This document shows positions 8,219-16,446 of a stretch of 54,195 nt of DNA, piece by piece. Position numbers and translations under genes: made by a program. Source of the stretch: an uncultured archaeon (GTDB lineage Archaea > Aenigmatarchaeota > Aenigmatarchaeia > Aenigmatarchaeales > Aenigmatarchaeaceae); the NCBI GenBank assembly GCA_964348065.1, contig CAYGBE010000092.1, forward strand, positions 1 to 54,195. Reading direction: 5' to 3'. Every line of letters begins with the position of its first letter. Position 1 is the stretch's first letter. Under the pieces are notes generated by a model. The model worked only from the letters and a program-made list of their open reading frames with translations. It was not told the DNA's origin and made no database searches.

Positions 8219-9409
8219 ATGACAGAAGAAATAAGTAAATATTTTGGTTTTGTTAACAGAATTTTTGGGAACGTTTATAGCGTAGATCTTAAGGAAGTTA
8301 AGCCTTTCTATGAAAATCTTTGTGATTGTGATTGTTTAGTTTTGGCAGGGGCTGGAAGATCCTTTCGTTCAGCAAAAACTCCAGGAGGAGAAATGGCAAG
8401 GAACATGAAAGACAAAACCGTAATGAACTATAATGCTACTGGATTCCCTGGTTATACTTTACGTGATGGTGCTGAAAATCTTGAAAAACGGTACGACAGA
8501 ATTAATTTTTTAGTAGTTTCTAGAAGTGGGGAAACAAAAAAACCTAAAACTGCTGTAAATCATTTAGTTAAACACATCCAAAAAACAGGAAGTAAAAAAA
8601 TTAGTGTTAATGCTATTACAGCCAATGAAGATTCTACAGTCGGAAAAGCCGCTAGAAAATATGGTTCAGTGGTACTTTTAAAAGGTGTAGGAACTCCTTC
8701 TTCTGAAAGCAAAGAAAATAAGTTTCGTGAGCGCGGCATTTTATATGATGTTTTTGAACTTGGTGCTCTTTCTTCTCTTCAAATGCTTGCCCAAATGTTA
8801 TACGAGAAAGCTAATTATGATAGATTTCCCGCACTTGTTGAAGAAGAATTTTCTTTAATAGGAAAAACAGTTGATCACTGTGTTGATTCTAAATTTTGCA
8901 AAAATTTAATAGATGCTATAGAAGGTAATGCAAATGTTTATTGTGGAGGATTGGGAGGAGGTAATGAAGTTTCAGAAATGTCATCAATAAGACTTATGCA
9001 TTTAAAAAGAATTTTTGGAAGTCATGCATATACAATAGGAGAACCGAGTTGCGGCAATCCAGTAGCTAATGATGCTGTAATATTTACAACATGTTCTGGT
9101 GGAAAAATTTCTAGACCTGATGAAACAAAAGAGGAAATGTCTCCAATTATAGATTGGTTTGAAGATTTTGAAAAATTGGGAACAAAAATATTTACTATTG
9201 TAGGAAATGAAAATTCTCCAATAGCAAAAGCTTCAAAACATAAAGTAATAATAGAAGAGGAAATTAAACCAGGTCAACCAAGAAAATTTTATGAGAGAGC
9301 CGCTTATGTACATAGTACGTTTCCTGTTTCTCTTTGTGAAAGATGGATACAAAGAGGCCGTCAACTACCGCCAGAAATTTGGAAGTGGTATCACACAACT
9401 GCTGAATAA
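8219..9409 (+). CDS. SIS-domain sugar-phosphate isomerase-like protein (probably two SIS modules)
   Basis: LVLAGAGRSFRSAK and VVSRSGETKKP fit the SIS phosphosugar-binding pattern. Its 396-aa length resembles the isomerase half of GlmS or the PGI/PMI family. Confidence 0.55.
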   Translation: MTEEISKYFGFVNRIFGNVYSVDLKEVKPFYENLCDCDCLVLAGAGRSFRSAKTPGGEMARNMKDKTVMNYNATGFPGYTLRDGAENLEKRYDRINFLVVSRSGETKKPKTAVNHLVKHIQKTGSKKISVNAITANEDSTVGKAARKYGSVVLLKGVGTPSSESKENKFRERGILYDVFELGALSSLQMLAQMLYEKANYDRFPALVEEEFSLIGKTVDHCVDSKFCKNLIDAIEGNANVYCGGLGGGNEVSEMSSIRLMHLKRIFGSHAYTIGEPSCGNPVANDAVIFTTCSGGKISRPDETKEEMSPIIDWFEDFEKLGTKIFTIVGNENSPIAKASKHKVIIEEEIKPGQPRKFYERAAYVHSTFPVSLCERWIQRGRQLPPEIWKWYHTTAE

Positions 9410-9433
9410 ATAAGTTAATCAATTACTAAACGC

Positions 9434-9635
9434 GTAAAGTATCTGTCATCTTTTTTTGTCTTAAAACCTGTTTTTAGCCCCAGATGCCCCAAAACGAGAA
9501 AAATTTAATTTCTTAATAAAAATCTAATTTTTGAAAATTTTCAAAAAATTCAATAAAGCCTGTAAAGTATTGTAAAGTATTTTATAAAGTATTAACTTAT
9601 TTATTGTAAAGTATACGAATTATTCTATAAAGTGT
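9434..9635 (+). promoter_or_regulatory. Six direct copies of T[GA]TAAAGT[AG]T upstream of the AAA+/wHTH gene
   Basis: Copies lie at 9434-9442, 9561-9570, 9571-9580, 9583-9592, 9605-9614 and 9626-9635, all in the same orientation. Spacings of 10, 12, 22 and 21 nt are close to helical-turn multiples. The last copy ends 6 nt before the ATG. Confidence 0.6.
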
Positions 9636-9641
9636 GTTTGC

Positions 9642-10610
9642 ATGGCATGGTACAAGAGATATGGATGGTCATCCAACCCTTTTGAACTAGTTCCTATGCC
9701 AGACACTATTTCTGGAGTTCAAGAAATAAGGCAAGAAATCATAGAATACATCAATTCTGGCGATTGTTGCCTTTTAACTGGAGAAGATGGCATGGGAAAG
9801 ACTATTATATTAAAATGGTTGGAAAAATATCCATCTCCTAAAACTTTACCAATATATCTAAATACTTTAGGTATGAACCCAGATGAAGTATTGAAAATAA
9901 ACATAGATGAAATGATAAGAGAAAAATCAAAAGGAGGTTTTTTCGGAAAAAAGAAAAGAATTGTAATGCTTATTGATGATGCTAATTCTTTGCCACCTAT
10001 GATAGGAAGGTCTGTGAAAAGAAATTTTGATAACAAATTAATTCATTCTATTGTTCTGGCTTCTGATACAGATGAATTAAAAAATCTTGAAGGAAATCTT
10101 TTGGAATTAATAGGTGAGAGAAAAATAAAACTAAGACCATTAGCACTTGATGAAGCCAGAGAAATGATAAGTAAAAGAGTCAAACACGTTAATCCCTTTA
10201 AGCCTGATAGTTTAGAGCCAATATTCAAAAAAGCAGACCTTATTCCAAGAAAAATTTTAGAACTCTGTGAAATGATAGCAAGGGAAAACAAAGAAAAAAC
10301 TATAACTAGACACTTTGTTAAAAAATGTTTTGAGTACAAACCAGAAATTGAGATCAGTAAAACAGAGCTTTTTGATAGACTTTCGCCTTTGCAAAAAGAT
10401 ATTGTTAATATTTTAAAAATAGGAAATTTTACACCTAGTGAAATAGCTAAAAAGTTAAACAAACCAACAAAAACTATAACTTCCCAACTAGCTTATTTGA
10501 GTTTGAAATCTGGCATTGAACTAATGAAAAGAAAAGGAATAGAAAATCCTATTGTTGAAAAGATTTCTGAAGATTCTTCTGTTTATAGATTAACAGATGA
10601 AGTAAAATAA
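9642..10610 (+). CDS. AAA+ ATPase with C-terminal winged-helix domain (divergent Orc1/Cdc6-like or Arch_ATPase-like)
   Basis: Walker A LLTGEDGMGKT, Walker B IVMLIDDANS, a lid-like IKLRPLALDEAREMISKRV and a C-terminal wHTH LSPLQKDIVNILKIGNFTPSEIAKKLNKPTKTITSQLAYL. Confidence 0.6.
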   Translation: MAWYKRYGWSSNPFELVPMPDTISGVQEIRQEIIEYINSGDCCLLTGEDGMGKTIILKWLEKYPSPKTLPIYLNTLGMNPDEVLKINIDEMIREKSKGGFFGKKKRIVMLIDDANSLPPMIGRSVKRNFDNKLIHSIVLASDTDELKNLEGNLLELIGERKIKLRPLALDEAREMISKRVKHVNPFKPDSLEPIFKKADLIPRKILELCEMIARENKEKTITRHFVKKCFEYKPEIEISKTELFDRLSPLQKDIVNILKIGNFTPSEIAKKLNKPTKTITSQLAYLSLKSGIELMKRKGIENPIVEKISEDSSVYRLTDEVK

Positions 10611-10625
10611 TCTTTATAACAAAAA

Positions 10626-10925
10626 TTATATCCAACGTCTAACTTTCTTTTTATAATTAAAATACTTCTTACCAAAGATTCTTTTGAGATTTTTTTCTTC
10701 AAAAGGAATAAACATTAGCTCCATTAAAATTACAAATGCAATTGGAAATATAAATGTAATTAGGGTTCCATGATTAATTGCTATGCCTAATAGTATTGCA
10801 GCAAATCCCAGATATTGTGGATTTCTGCTAATGCTGAAAGGACCCGAAATTATCAATTGGGTAGGTTTTTCATATGGTTTTACTGTAGTTTTCTTTTTCT
10901 TTAACAAAAAATCAGCCCAAGACAT
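10626..10925 (-). CDS. Isoprenylcysteine carboxyl / phospholipid methyltransferase family, C-terminal half only (possibly a truncated remnant)
   Basis: SGPFSISRNPQYLGFAAILLG...IPFEEKNLKRIFGKKYFNYKKKVRRWI matches the catalytic C-terminal part of ICMT/PEMT proteins. The N-terminal TM helices are missing, and only 96 nt of upstream space remain. Confidence 0.5.
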   Translation of the reverse strand: MSWADFLLKKKKTTVKPYEKPTQLIISGPFSISRNPQYLGFAAILLGIAINHGTLITFIFPIAFVILMELMFIPFEEKNLKRIFGKKYFNYKKKVRRWI

Positions 10926-11021
10926 TTTTTCACAAACAAATGTGGTATCTTAAGATATCATCTTTAGAAAACATTCTATAAAAAAGTCAGTTTTGCATAT
11001 CTGAAGGAATTATTCAGGTTT

Positions 11022-11354
11022 TTATTCTTTTTTTTCTATGTTTTCACTAAAACTACTTGTAATATCAATAAATTTGCCTAATCCACCCAGAATACAAATC
11101 AGCAAATATAATTGAAATCTATGATATAACATAGAACGAAGTTGTGGTCTATTAAAACTTTTTGGAAATATTTTTTGTCCTTTTGAAAAAAACCCATAAT
11201 ATGCTTCTAAAGGTTCCATTTCACCTTGAAAAACTTGTTCAGCTAAAGTTTTCATAACTGACTGAAATTTTAATGAATTCTCTTTTTTTAGAAACTCTTC
11301 AATAGAAAGTTCAATTTCTTTAATTCTGTCATCCTGTTTTATCTTGTTTTTCAT
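11022..11354 (-). CDS. Hypothetical protein
   Basis: 110-aa ORF with an ATG start. It is the only long frame here, and no family was recognised. Confidence 0.4.
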   Translation of the reverse strand: MKNKIKQDDRIKEIELSIEEFLKKENSLKFQSVMKTLAEQVFQGEMEPLEAYYGFFSKGQKIFPKSFNRPQLRSMLYHRFQLYLLICILGGLGKFIDITSSFSENIEKKE

Positions 11355-11590
11355 TTTATCACTCTTTAAAAATTATCATTAGGGACTTAAATTATATGTA
11401 TATCCACTATTTATCATTTTTAAATAATGAACGCCCGAGGCATTTTCTTTATAACTTTTGTGGTGCCCGAATTTTCATTAATTAATAACAATAATTTTAT
11501 TAATAATTTTATTTATTGTTTTAGATGATAAAAAATATGGAATTATTTTTTCGAAAGATTTATATTCAACATGTAACAAATATTTAATCT

Positions 11591-11983
11591 ATGAAAGGTT
11601 TAAAAGGAATTGCACCCGCAATTATTATTATAGCTATTTTAGCAGCTGCAGGTATTGGTGTTGGAACGCCAGTAGCTATGGCAAGTATGCAACATAATGG
11701 TGATATGAAACTTACACCAGTAGATGCGCCTTACGGAATAATGAGAGCTGGTGAAGCTATAATGGGAGCGTTTCAACCAGATAAAGGAGCATGGAACGGA
11801 GAATTGATAAGAGTCAGAGAAATGGAAAAAACTGAATTGCAAAAAAGATGTCCCGAATGTAGAGAACAAATTCAACAACTTGAACAGGAACAAGTGAGAA
11901 TAAGACAACAGGAACAAGAAAGAGTTGCAACGGAGTCCCAAACACAAACAGGAACAAGCAAGCAAACAGGTACAGGACCTTAA
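11591..11983 (+). CDS. Membrane-anchored or secreted protein with Gln/Glu-rich coiled-coil tail
   Basis: The N-terminal hydrophobic helix GIAPAIIIIAILAAAGIGVG is followed by the C-terminal QIQQLEQEQVRIRQQEQER. No family was recognised. Confidence 0.5.
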   Translation: MKGLKGIAPAIIIIAILAAAGIGVGTPVAMASMQHNGDMKLTPVDAPYGIMRAGEAIMGAFQPDKGAWNGELIRVREMEKTELQKRCPECREQIQQLEQEQVRIRQQEQERVATESQTQTGTSKQTGTGP

Positions 11984-12013
11984 GGTGGACAGGAGCAAGG
12001 CGGCAAGTAGTTA

Positions 12014-12487
12014 TTAACTAAATGTTAATGATATCCAATCACCAACATAATGAGTTATAACTATAACTATTAATGCAATAATCAAGTGTTCTGAAATAAC
12101 CTTCCAAGCTTTTTCTTTTTGTTTCTTAGCAATTCTAAAACTAAGAATACCTATCATTAGAAGCCCCCAAAATGCACTCACCAAAATTGCTGTCAAAAGT
12201 TCAAACAGTAAGACTGGAACAATAAACATCAATGCAAAAAAGAATTTTGATAAAAAAGTGGAAATTGTTGATTCCCATATTTCCTTTGTCTTCTTTTTTT
12301 CTGACTCTTCAGAAATATGAATCCCTAGAGAATCTGAAAACGCATCTGCTATAGCTATTGTTAATATACCTCCAATAACTGCAAGTTTTGAGTGAGTTCC
12401 AGAATGTAAACCAACCATTAAACCTAGGGTTGTTATTATTCCAGAAGTTAAACCAAAACTAAATCCTATTTCAAATGGTTTTTTCAT
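12014..12487 (-). CDS. VIT1/CCC1-family (DUF125) membrane protein, putative Fe/Mn transporter
   Basis: GLMVGLHSGTHSKLAVIGGILTIAIADAFSDSLGIHISEESE and a multi-TM layout resemble VIT-family proteins. Confidence 0.65.
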   Translation of the reverse strand: MKKPFEIGFSFGLTSGIITTLGLMVGLHSGTHSKLAVIGGILTIAIADAFSDSLGIHISEESEKKKTKEIWESTISTFLSKFFFALMFIVPVLLFELLTAILVSAFWGLLMIGILSFRIAKKQKEKAWKVISEHLIIALIVIVITHYVGDWISLTFS

Positions 12488-12524
12488 ATCAATAGCTTAA
12501 TTATTGCCGACTTAAATAGTTGTG

Positions 12525-12596
12525 CGCCCGAGGCAGGATTTGAACCTGCAACCTTCTGCTTAACAGGCAGCTGCTCTTCCGTTGAGCTACTCGGGC
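12525..12596 (-). tRNA. tRNA-Asn (anticodon GUU)
   Basis: Reverse-complement cloverleaf: acceptor GCCCGAG/CUCGGGC, D arm GCUC-AACGGAA-GAGC, anticodon loop CUGUUAA, T arm GCAGG-UUCAAAU-CCUGC, discriminator G. Confidence 0.9.
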
Positions 12597-12729
12597 ATAA
12601 CTCAAAATATGTTCTAAGCATTTATAAAATTAATTGGGTAAAATGTTTCTAAGTAGTACGTCATACACCGTAACATTTAAATATATGTTTTACTCATTTT
12701 TAAGAGTAAAAAAAGGTGATTTTTTGGCT

Positions 12730-12918
12730 ATGGAAAAAAAAGCTATTAGAACGAGAATAAAACAACTTCCTTTAAATAATGGCGGAGAAAAAACCTATGT
12801 AATGAGAGTTATAGGTGGTCTTTGTGCAGACAAACCTGGTGGTTGTTCAACATGTCATGGTTTAAATGTGCCGAACTGTAGTAAAACTAATGATCGTACA
12901 CAAATAGTGTATCAATAA
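12730..12918 (+). CDS. Small Cys-rich protein (62 aa), unknown function
   Basis: An ATG at 12730 follows GGTGA (12714-12718), with a TTTAAATATA box at about 12675-12684 upstream. The Cys pattern is C-x7-C-x2-C-x7-C. The track ORF starts at an upstream TTG. Confidence 0.35.
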   Translation: MEKKAIRTRIKQLPLNNGGEKTYVMRVIGGLCADKPGGCSTCHGLNVPNCSKTNDRTQIVYQ

Positions 12919-13044
12919 TTTACCATTTTTCAGAAATTAAGCAAATTTTTCTAAATCTAACTTCTCATCACTCGATATTTTAACAGATATTTTTAAATAT
13001 AGATAAATTTATAAGTAAATTTCCAAATAGAATAAAATACCGTC

Positions 13045-13093
13045 GTTAATAATTCGGGCAAATTATTAACATTTACCTTTCGGGCAAAAGGTA
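13045..13093 (+). promoter_or_regulatory. Two adjacent hairpins / imperfect palindromes, each centred on CGGGCA
   Basis: The first is gttaataatt-CGGGCA-aattattaac (13045-13070, 10-bp stem). The second is taccttt-CGGGCA-aaaggta (13074-13093, 7-bp stem). Both lie about 150-200 nt upstream of ftsZ. Confidence 0.55.
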
Positions 13094-13194
13094 TTTTGTA
13101 ATTATAACCTACTGTGAGGTTTCTGTTTCTAAAAATAGTTATTGCGAAGATTTAAAAAGCATTTCGCGCTCACAAAATATATTTCCTAGAAAAC

Positions 13195-13209
13195 ATGTGC
13201 CCGGCACAT
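13195..13209. promoter_or_regulatory. Palindrome ATGTGCC-C-GGCACAT upstream of ftsZ
   Basis: 7-bp inverted arms around one central base, ending 36 nt upstream of the ftsZ ATG. It is a GC island in AT-rich spacer DNA. Confidence 0.45.
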
Positions 13210-13244
13210 ACTGTTCACAAAATAAGACTAAGAGGTGTTATATA

Positions 13245-14387
13245 ATGGAAACCATAATACAATCTGCTTTTAATAGAGCTTTTGGCAATGAAAAAACTGT
13301 TTCTCCTGGAGTCCAAGGAAGAATAGAAAAAATGGAAAATGTTGATTGGGAAGCAAGAGTTTCTGAAGAATTTGACATTCAAATGCACAAGGCAAAAATA
13401 ATGGTTGTTGGATGTGGAGGAGCTGGTTGCAACACTGTAACCAGACTAACAGAAATTGGAGCATCAGGAGCAGATATAATTGCAACAAACACTGATGCAA
13501 AGCACTTAGCAATAACCAAGGCTCATAAAAAATTGTTAATAGGAAAAGACACAACAAAAGGACTAGGAGCTGGAGGTTATCCTCAAATCGGAGAAAAGGC
13601 AGCCATAGAACAAAGAACACAAATTAAACAATTGCTGGAAGGAGTTGATCTAGTTTTTGTAACAGCTGGAATGGGTGGAGGAACAGGAACAGGTGGAGCT
13701 CCAGTTATTGCAGAAATAGCAAAGAGCTTAGGAGCAATCGTTGTTGGAGCAGTTACAATGCCATTTAAAATGGAAGGAACAAGAATTCAAAAAGCTGAAG
13801 ACGGATTGTCAAAACTAAGACAAGTAACAGACACAGTTGTTGTTATAGAAAACCAAAAATTATTAGAATATGCTGGTTCTATGCCATTAGCTCAAGCATT
13901 TGCACTAGCAGATGAGTTAATATCAATGATGATAAAAGGAATAACAGAAACCATAACAGTTCCATCATTAGTCAACTTAGACTTTGCAGACGTTAAAACA
14001 ATAATGAAGTGTGGTGGAGTATCAGCTATTTGCGTTGGAGAAAGCGATTCACAATCAAGAATAAAAGATGCTGTTCTAAAAGCTTTGAATCATCCGCTAT
14101 TGGAGGTTGATTACACAGGTGCTTTAGGAGCATTAATACATGTTATCTGTGGACCAGATTGCACATTAGCTGAGATCAACGAAGCAGGAGAACTAATATC
14201 AAAGAGATTATCAGCAGATTCACAGGTTATCTGGGGAGCTAGAGTTTTGCCAGAATATGCAGGAAAAGTTCAGGTCATTGCAATTGTTACAGGTGTTAAA
14301 TCACCATACATACTAGGACCTATCCAAAGAGAAGAAATAGCACAAGGAGTATCTAGTGAACTTGGAATACCAGTGATAATGAGGTAA
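13245..14387 (+). CDS. ftsZ: Cell division GTPase FtsZ
   Basis: Motifs [10 protein letters not shown], the tubulin signature [13 protein letters not shown] and [11 protein letters not shown]. The ATG at 13245 follows AGAGGTG (13231-13237). Confidence 0.95.
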   Translation: METIIQSAFNRAFGNEKTVSPGVQGRIEKMENVDWEARVSEEFDIQMHKAKIMVVGCGGAGCNTVTRLTEIGASGADIIATNTDAKHLAITKAHKKLLIGKDTTKGLGAGGYPQIGEKAAIEQRTQIKQLLEGVDLVFVTAGMGGGTGTGGAPVIAEIAKSLGAIVVGAVTMPFKMEGTRIQKAEDGLSKLRQVTDTVVVIENQKLLEYAGSMPLAQAFALADELISMMIKGITETITVPSLVNLDFADVKTIMKCGGVSAICVGESDSQSRIKDAVLKALNHPLLEVDYTGALGALIHVICGPDCTLAEINEAGELISKRLSADSQVIWGARVLPEYAGKVQVIAIVTGVKSPYILGPIQREEIAQGVSSELGIPVIMR

Positions 14388-14531
14388 TCAGCATGAAAAA
14401 AATGAGGGAAGTAAAAAAAGCAAAGGAAGATATTCCTTTCTTTTTGATTTTTTACTCAAAGAACAACTGACTTCCCCTTTTTCTTTTTCTTTTTTACAAA
14501 AAGTTAAAAATTCTGAATTCTTATTAATGTT

Positions 14532-15002
14532 ATGGAATTACAAATCAGAAAAGCAACAATTGAAGATCTGGATGTTTTACACGAATTTCATATAGGCCTT
14601 ATTGAATATGAATCAAATATAGATCCGCTTATCAATAAAACAGAAGAATTTTATGAAAAAGCAAAAAAAGATTATGAAGAAGCCTTAAAGAAAGAAGATC
14701 ACATGTTTCTCATTGCTGAAAAAAATGGAAAACCTGTAGGTTATGTTTATGGCTGGATTGAAAAACCTCCTGTTTGTTTCACTCCCAAGCTTAGAGGATA
14801 TCTTTGTGATGCTTTTGTAAAAGAGAAGTTCAGAGGAAAGAATATTGGAGAAAAACTTACTGAAGAGATATTGAAAATCTTTAAATCAAGAAATGTTTCT
14901 TGGGTTAAATTAGGTGTTTATGCAAAAAACATTAATGCAATAAATGTTTGGAAAAAACTAGGATTTGAAGATTACATTATTGAAATGACTAAAATGATTT
15001 AA
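14532..15002 (+). CDS. GNAT family N-acetyltransferase
   Basis: 156 aa with the acetyl-CoA motif FVKEKFRGKNIGEKLTEEI (R-x-x-G-x-G). Confidence 0.8.
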   Translation: MELQIRKATIEDLDVLHEFHIGLIEYESNIDPLINKTEEFYEKAKKDYEEALKKEDHMFLIAEKNGKPVGYVYGWIEKPPVCFTPKLRGYLCDAFVKEKFRGKNIGEKLTEEILKIFKSRNVSWVKLGVYAKNINAINVWKKLGFEDYIIEMTKMI

Positions 15003-16445
15003 TCACTCATATCTATAGATAACTGACATATTTCCGTTTTCTGGACACCTAAAAATAACTTCAAAACTAGAGTCCAAAATTTCCTTTATTTCTTTGTATT
15101 CTTGTATTGACAGGGGCATGTTAATGGTTGAGAAAAAAATATAAACAGGTCTTCCGCTATAGTAATTTTTTATTAAATTTCTAAGAGAATAAAAACCAAA
15201 TGGGTTTGGATAAAAATGCGTTTCTAGTTTTGTATAAAAGTAAATTATAGAAGATTCATCAGTGATCACTAAAGCATTTTTTTCAACGTCTTTTAAAAAA
15301 TAATTAGCTTCTAAAAAGCAAAGATGAGTCTGAGTATAAGATTTTTCAATGTTTTCATGAAACAAAGAAATTGTCCTATAAAGCAAAATAAGGGCCACTA
15401 AAATTACAATTATTTTAGAGTATTTTTTAAACTTGCTTAAAGCCACAGATGAAATTATTATTAAAGACGGTACCATTGGTAATAAAAATCTATCTTCTTT
15501 ATGTGACATAAGATGTACAAATATGAAAAATATGAAAAACCATAAAATTATTAAAATGGTTTGAGGTTTTTTCCTTAATTCTTTGTCTATAAAAATTAAG
15601 AACAAAGAAATTGGAAATAAAAGTGTTAAGATTGCAAACATTTGTCGAGAATGTTGGAAAAAGAAATCCCACGGCTGTGATCCACCCCAATAATCAGCTG
15701 CAATTCTTGCATGCGTAAACACACCAATAGGATTATTATAAGCTGAGATACCGTAAAAAAACAATGGAAGCAAAGAAATAATAAATATTGCAATACAAAA
15801 CCACAGATGTTTGTCTCTTAAGAAAGACAGGTTTCTATATTTGATTATTAAATAAAGTGGAAATATAATCAACAACCATAATGTTGTGTATCTTGCAAGT
15901 AAGGACAAAGCAATTGAAAATCCAAATAATAATTTATACTTATTTTCTCCTTTTTCAAACCCTTTCCAAAAAAACAAAAAAGAAAGTGTTAATAAAAATG
16001 TTGCAAAAACATCAGTCAAAATTTTGCCACTGAAAATAATATGCAAAGGCAAAAATGTTAAAAGAAGTGAAGAATACAAGGCTATTTTTTCATTGAACAG
16101 TTCTTTAGATAAGAAGTAAATAACAATAACTGTCAAAGCTCCTATTACTGGAATAAACAAACTAATAAAAATCTCAGAACTGCTTATAACATAAAACAAA
16201 GAAAGTGTATAAGGTAATAAAGGTGCTCTATAACCTGCGTTAGGCCAAGCAAAAGGAGGGTCTCCGGGTACAAAATCTGACCATTTTTTTCTGAAAGAAT
16301 AGTCTAATGGATCAAAACTCAGATCATAACCCAAATTTGCATAAACTGTTTCATCCCATATTTTTACAGGAGCAATAAATATTGCAACAATCCTAATGAA
16401 AAGAGAAATAATAAACAAGAGAATCAAAAGTTTTTTTGTATCCAT
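15003..16445 (-). CDS. Glycosyltransferase family 39 (ArnT/PMT-like, polyprenyl-phosphate-sugar dependent)
   Basis: 480-aa polytopic protein. A first-loop acidic motif (KIWDETVYANLGYD) and the overall topology are typical of GT-C GT39 enzymes. Confidence 0.7.
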   Translation of the reverse strand: MDTKKLLILLFIISLFIRIVAIFIAPVKIWDETVYANLGYDLSFDPLDYSFRKKWSDFVPGDPPFAWPNAGYRAPLLPYTLSLFYVISSSEIFISLFIPVIGALTVIVIYFLSKELFNEKIALYSSLLLTFLPLHIIFSGKILTDVFATFLLTLSFLFFWKGFEKGENKYKLLFGFSIALSLLARYTTLWLLIIFPLYLIIKYRNLSFLRDKHLWFCIAIFIISLLPLFFYGISAYNNPIGVFTHARIAADYWGGSQPWDFFFQHSRQMFAILTLLFPISLFLIFIDKELRKKPQTILIILWFFIFFIFVHLMSHKEDRFLLPMVPSLIIISSVALSKFKKYSKIIVILVALILLYRTISLFHENIEKSYTQTHLCFLEANYFLKDVEKNALVITDESSIIYFYTKLETHFYPNPFGFYSLRNLIKNYYSGRPVYIFFSTINMPLSIQEYKEIKEILDSSFEVIFRCPENGNMSVIYRYE

Positions 16446-16446
16446 T

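Noticed and set aside
9434-9635. The short direct repeat cluster, considered as a mini-CRISPR or a tandem satellite.
   Set aside because: The units are only 10 nt, with variable AT-rich spacing of 0-12 nt, and lie immediately upstream of a start codon. That fits protein-binding sites or iterons, not a CRISPR array.
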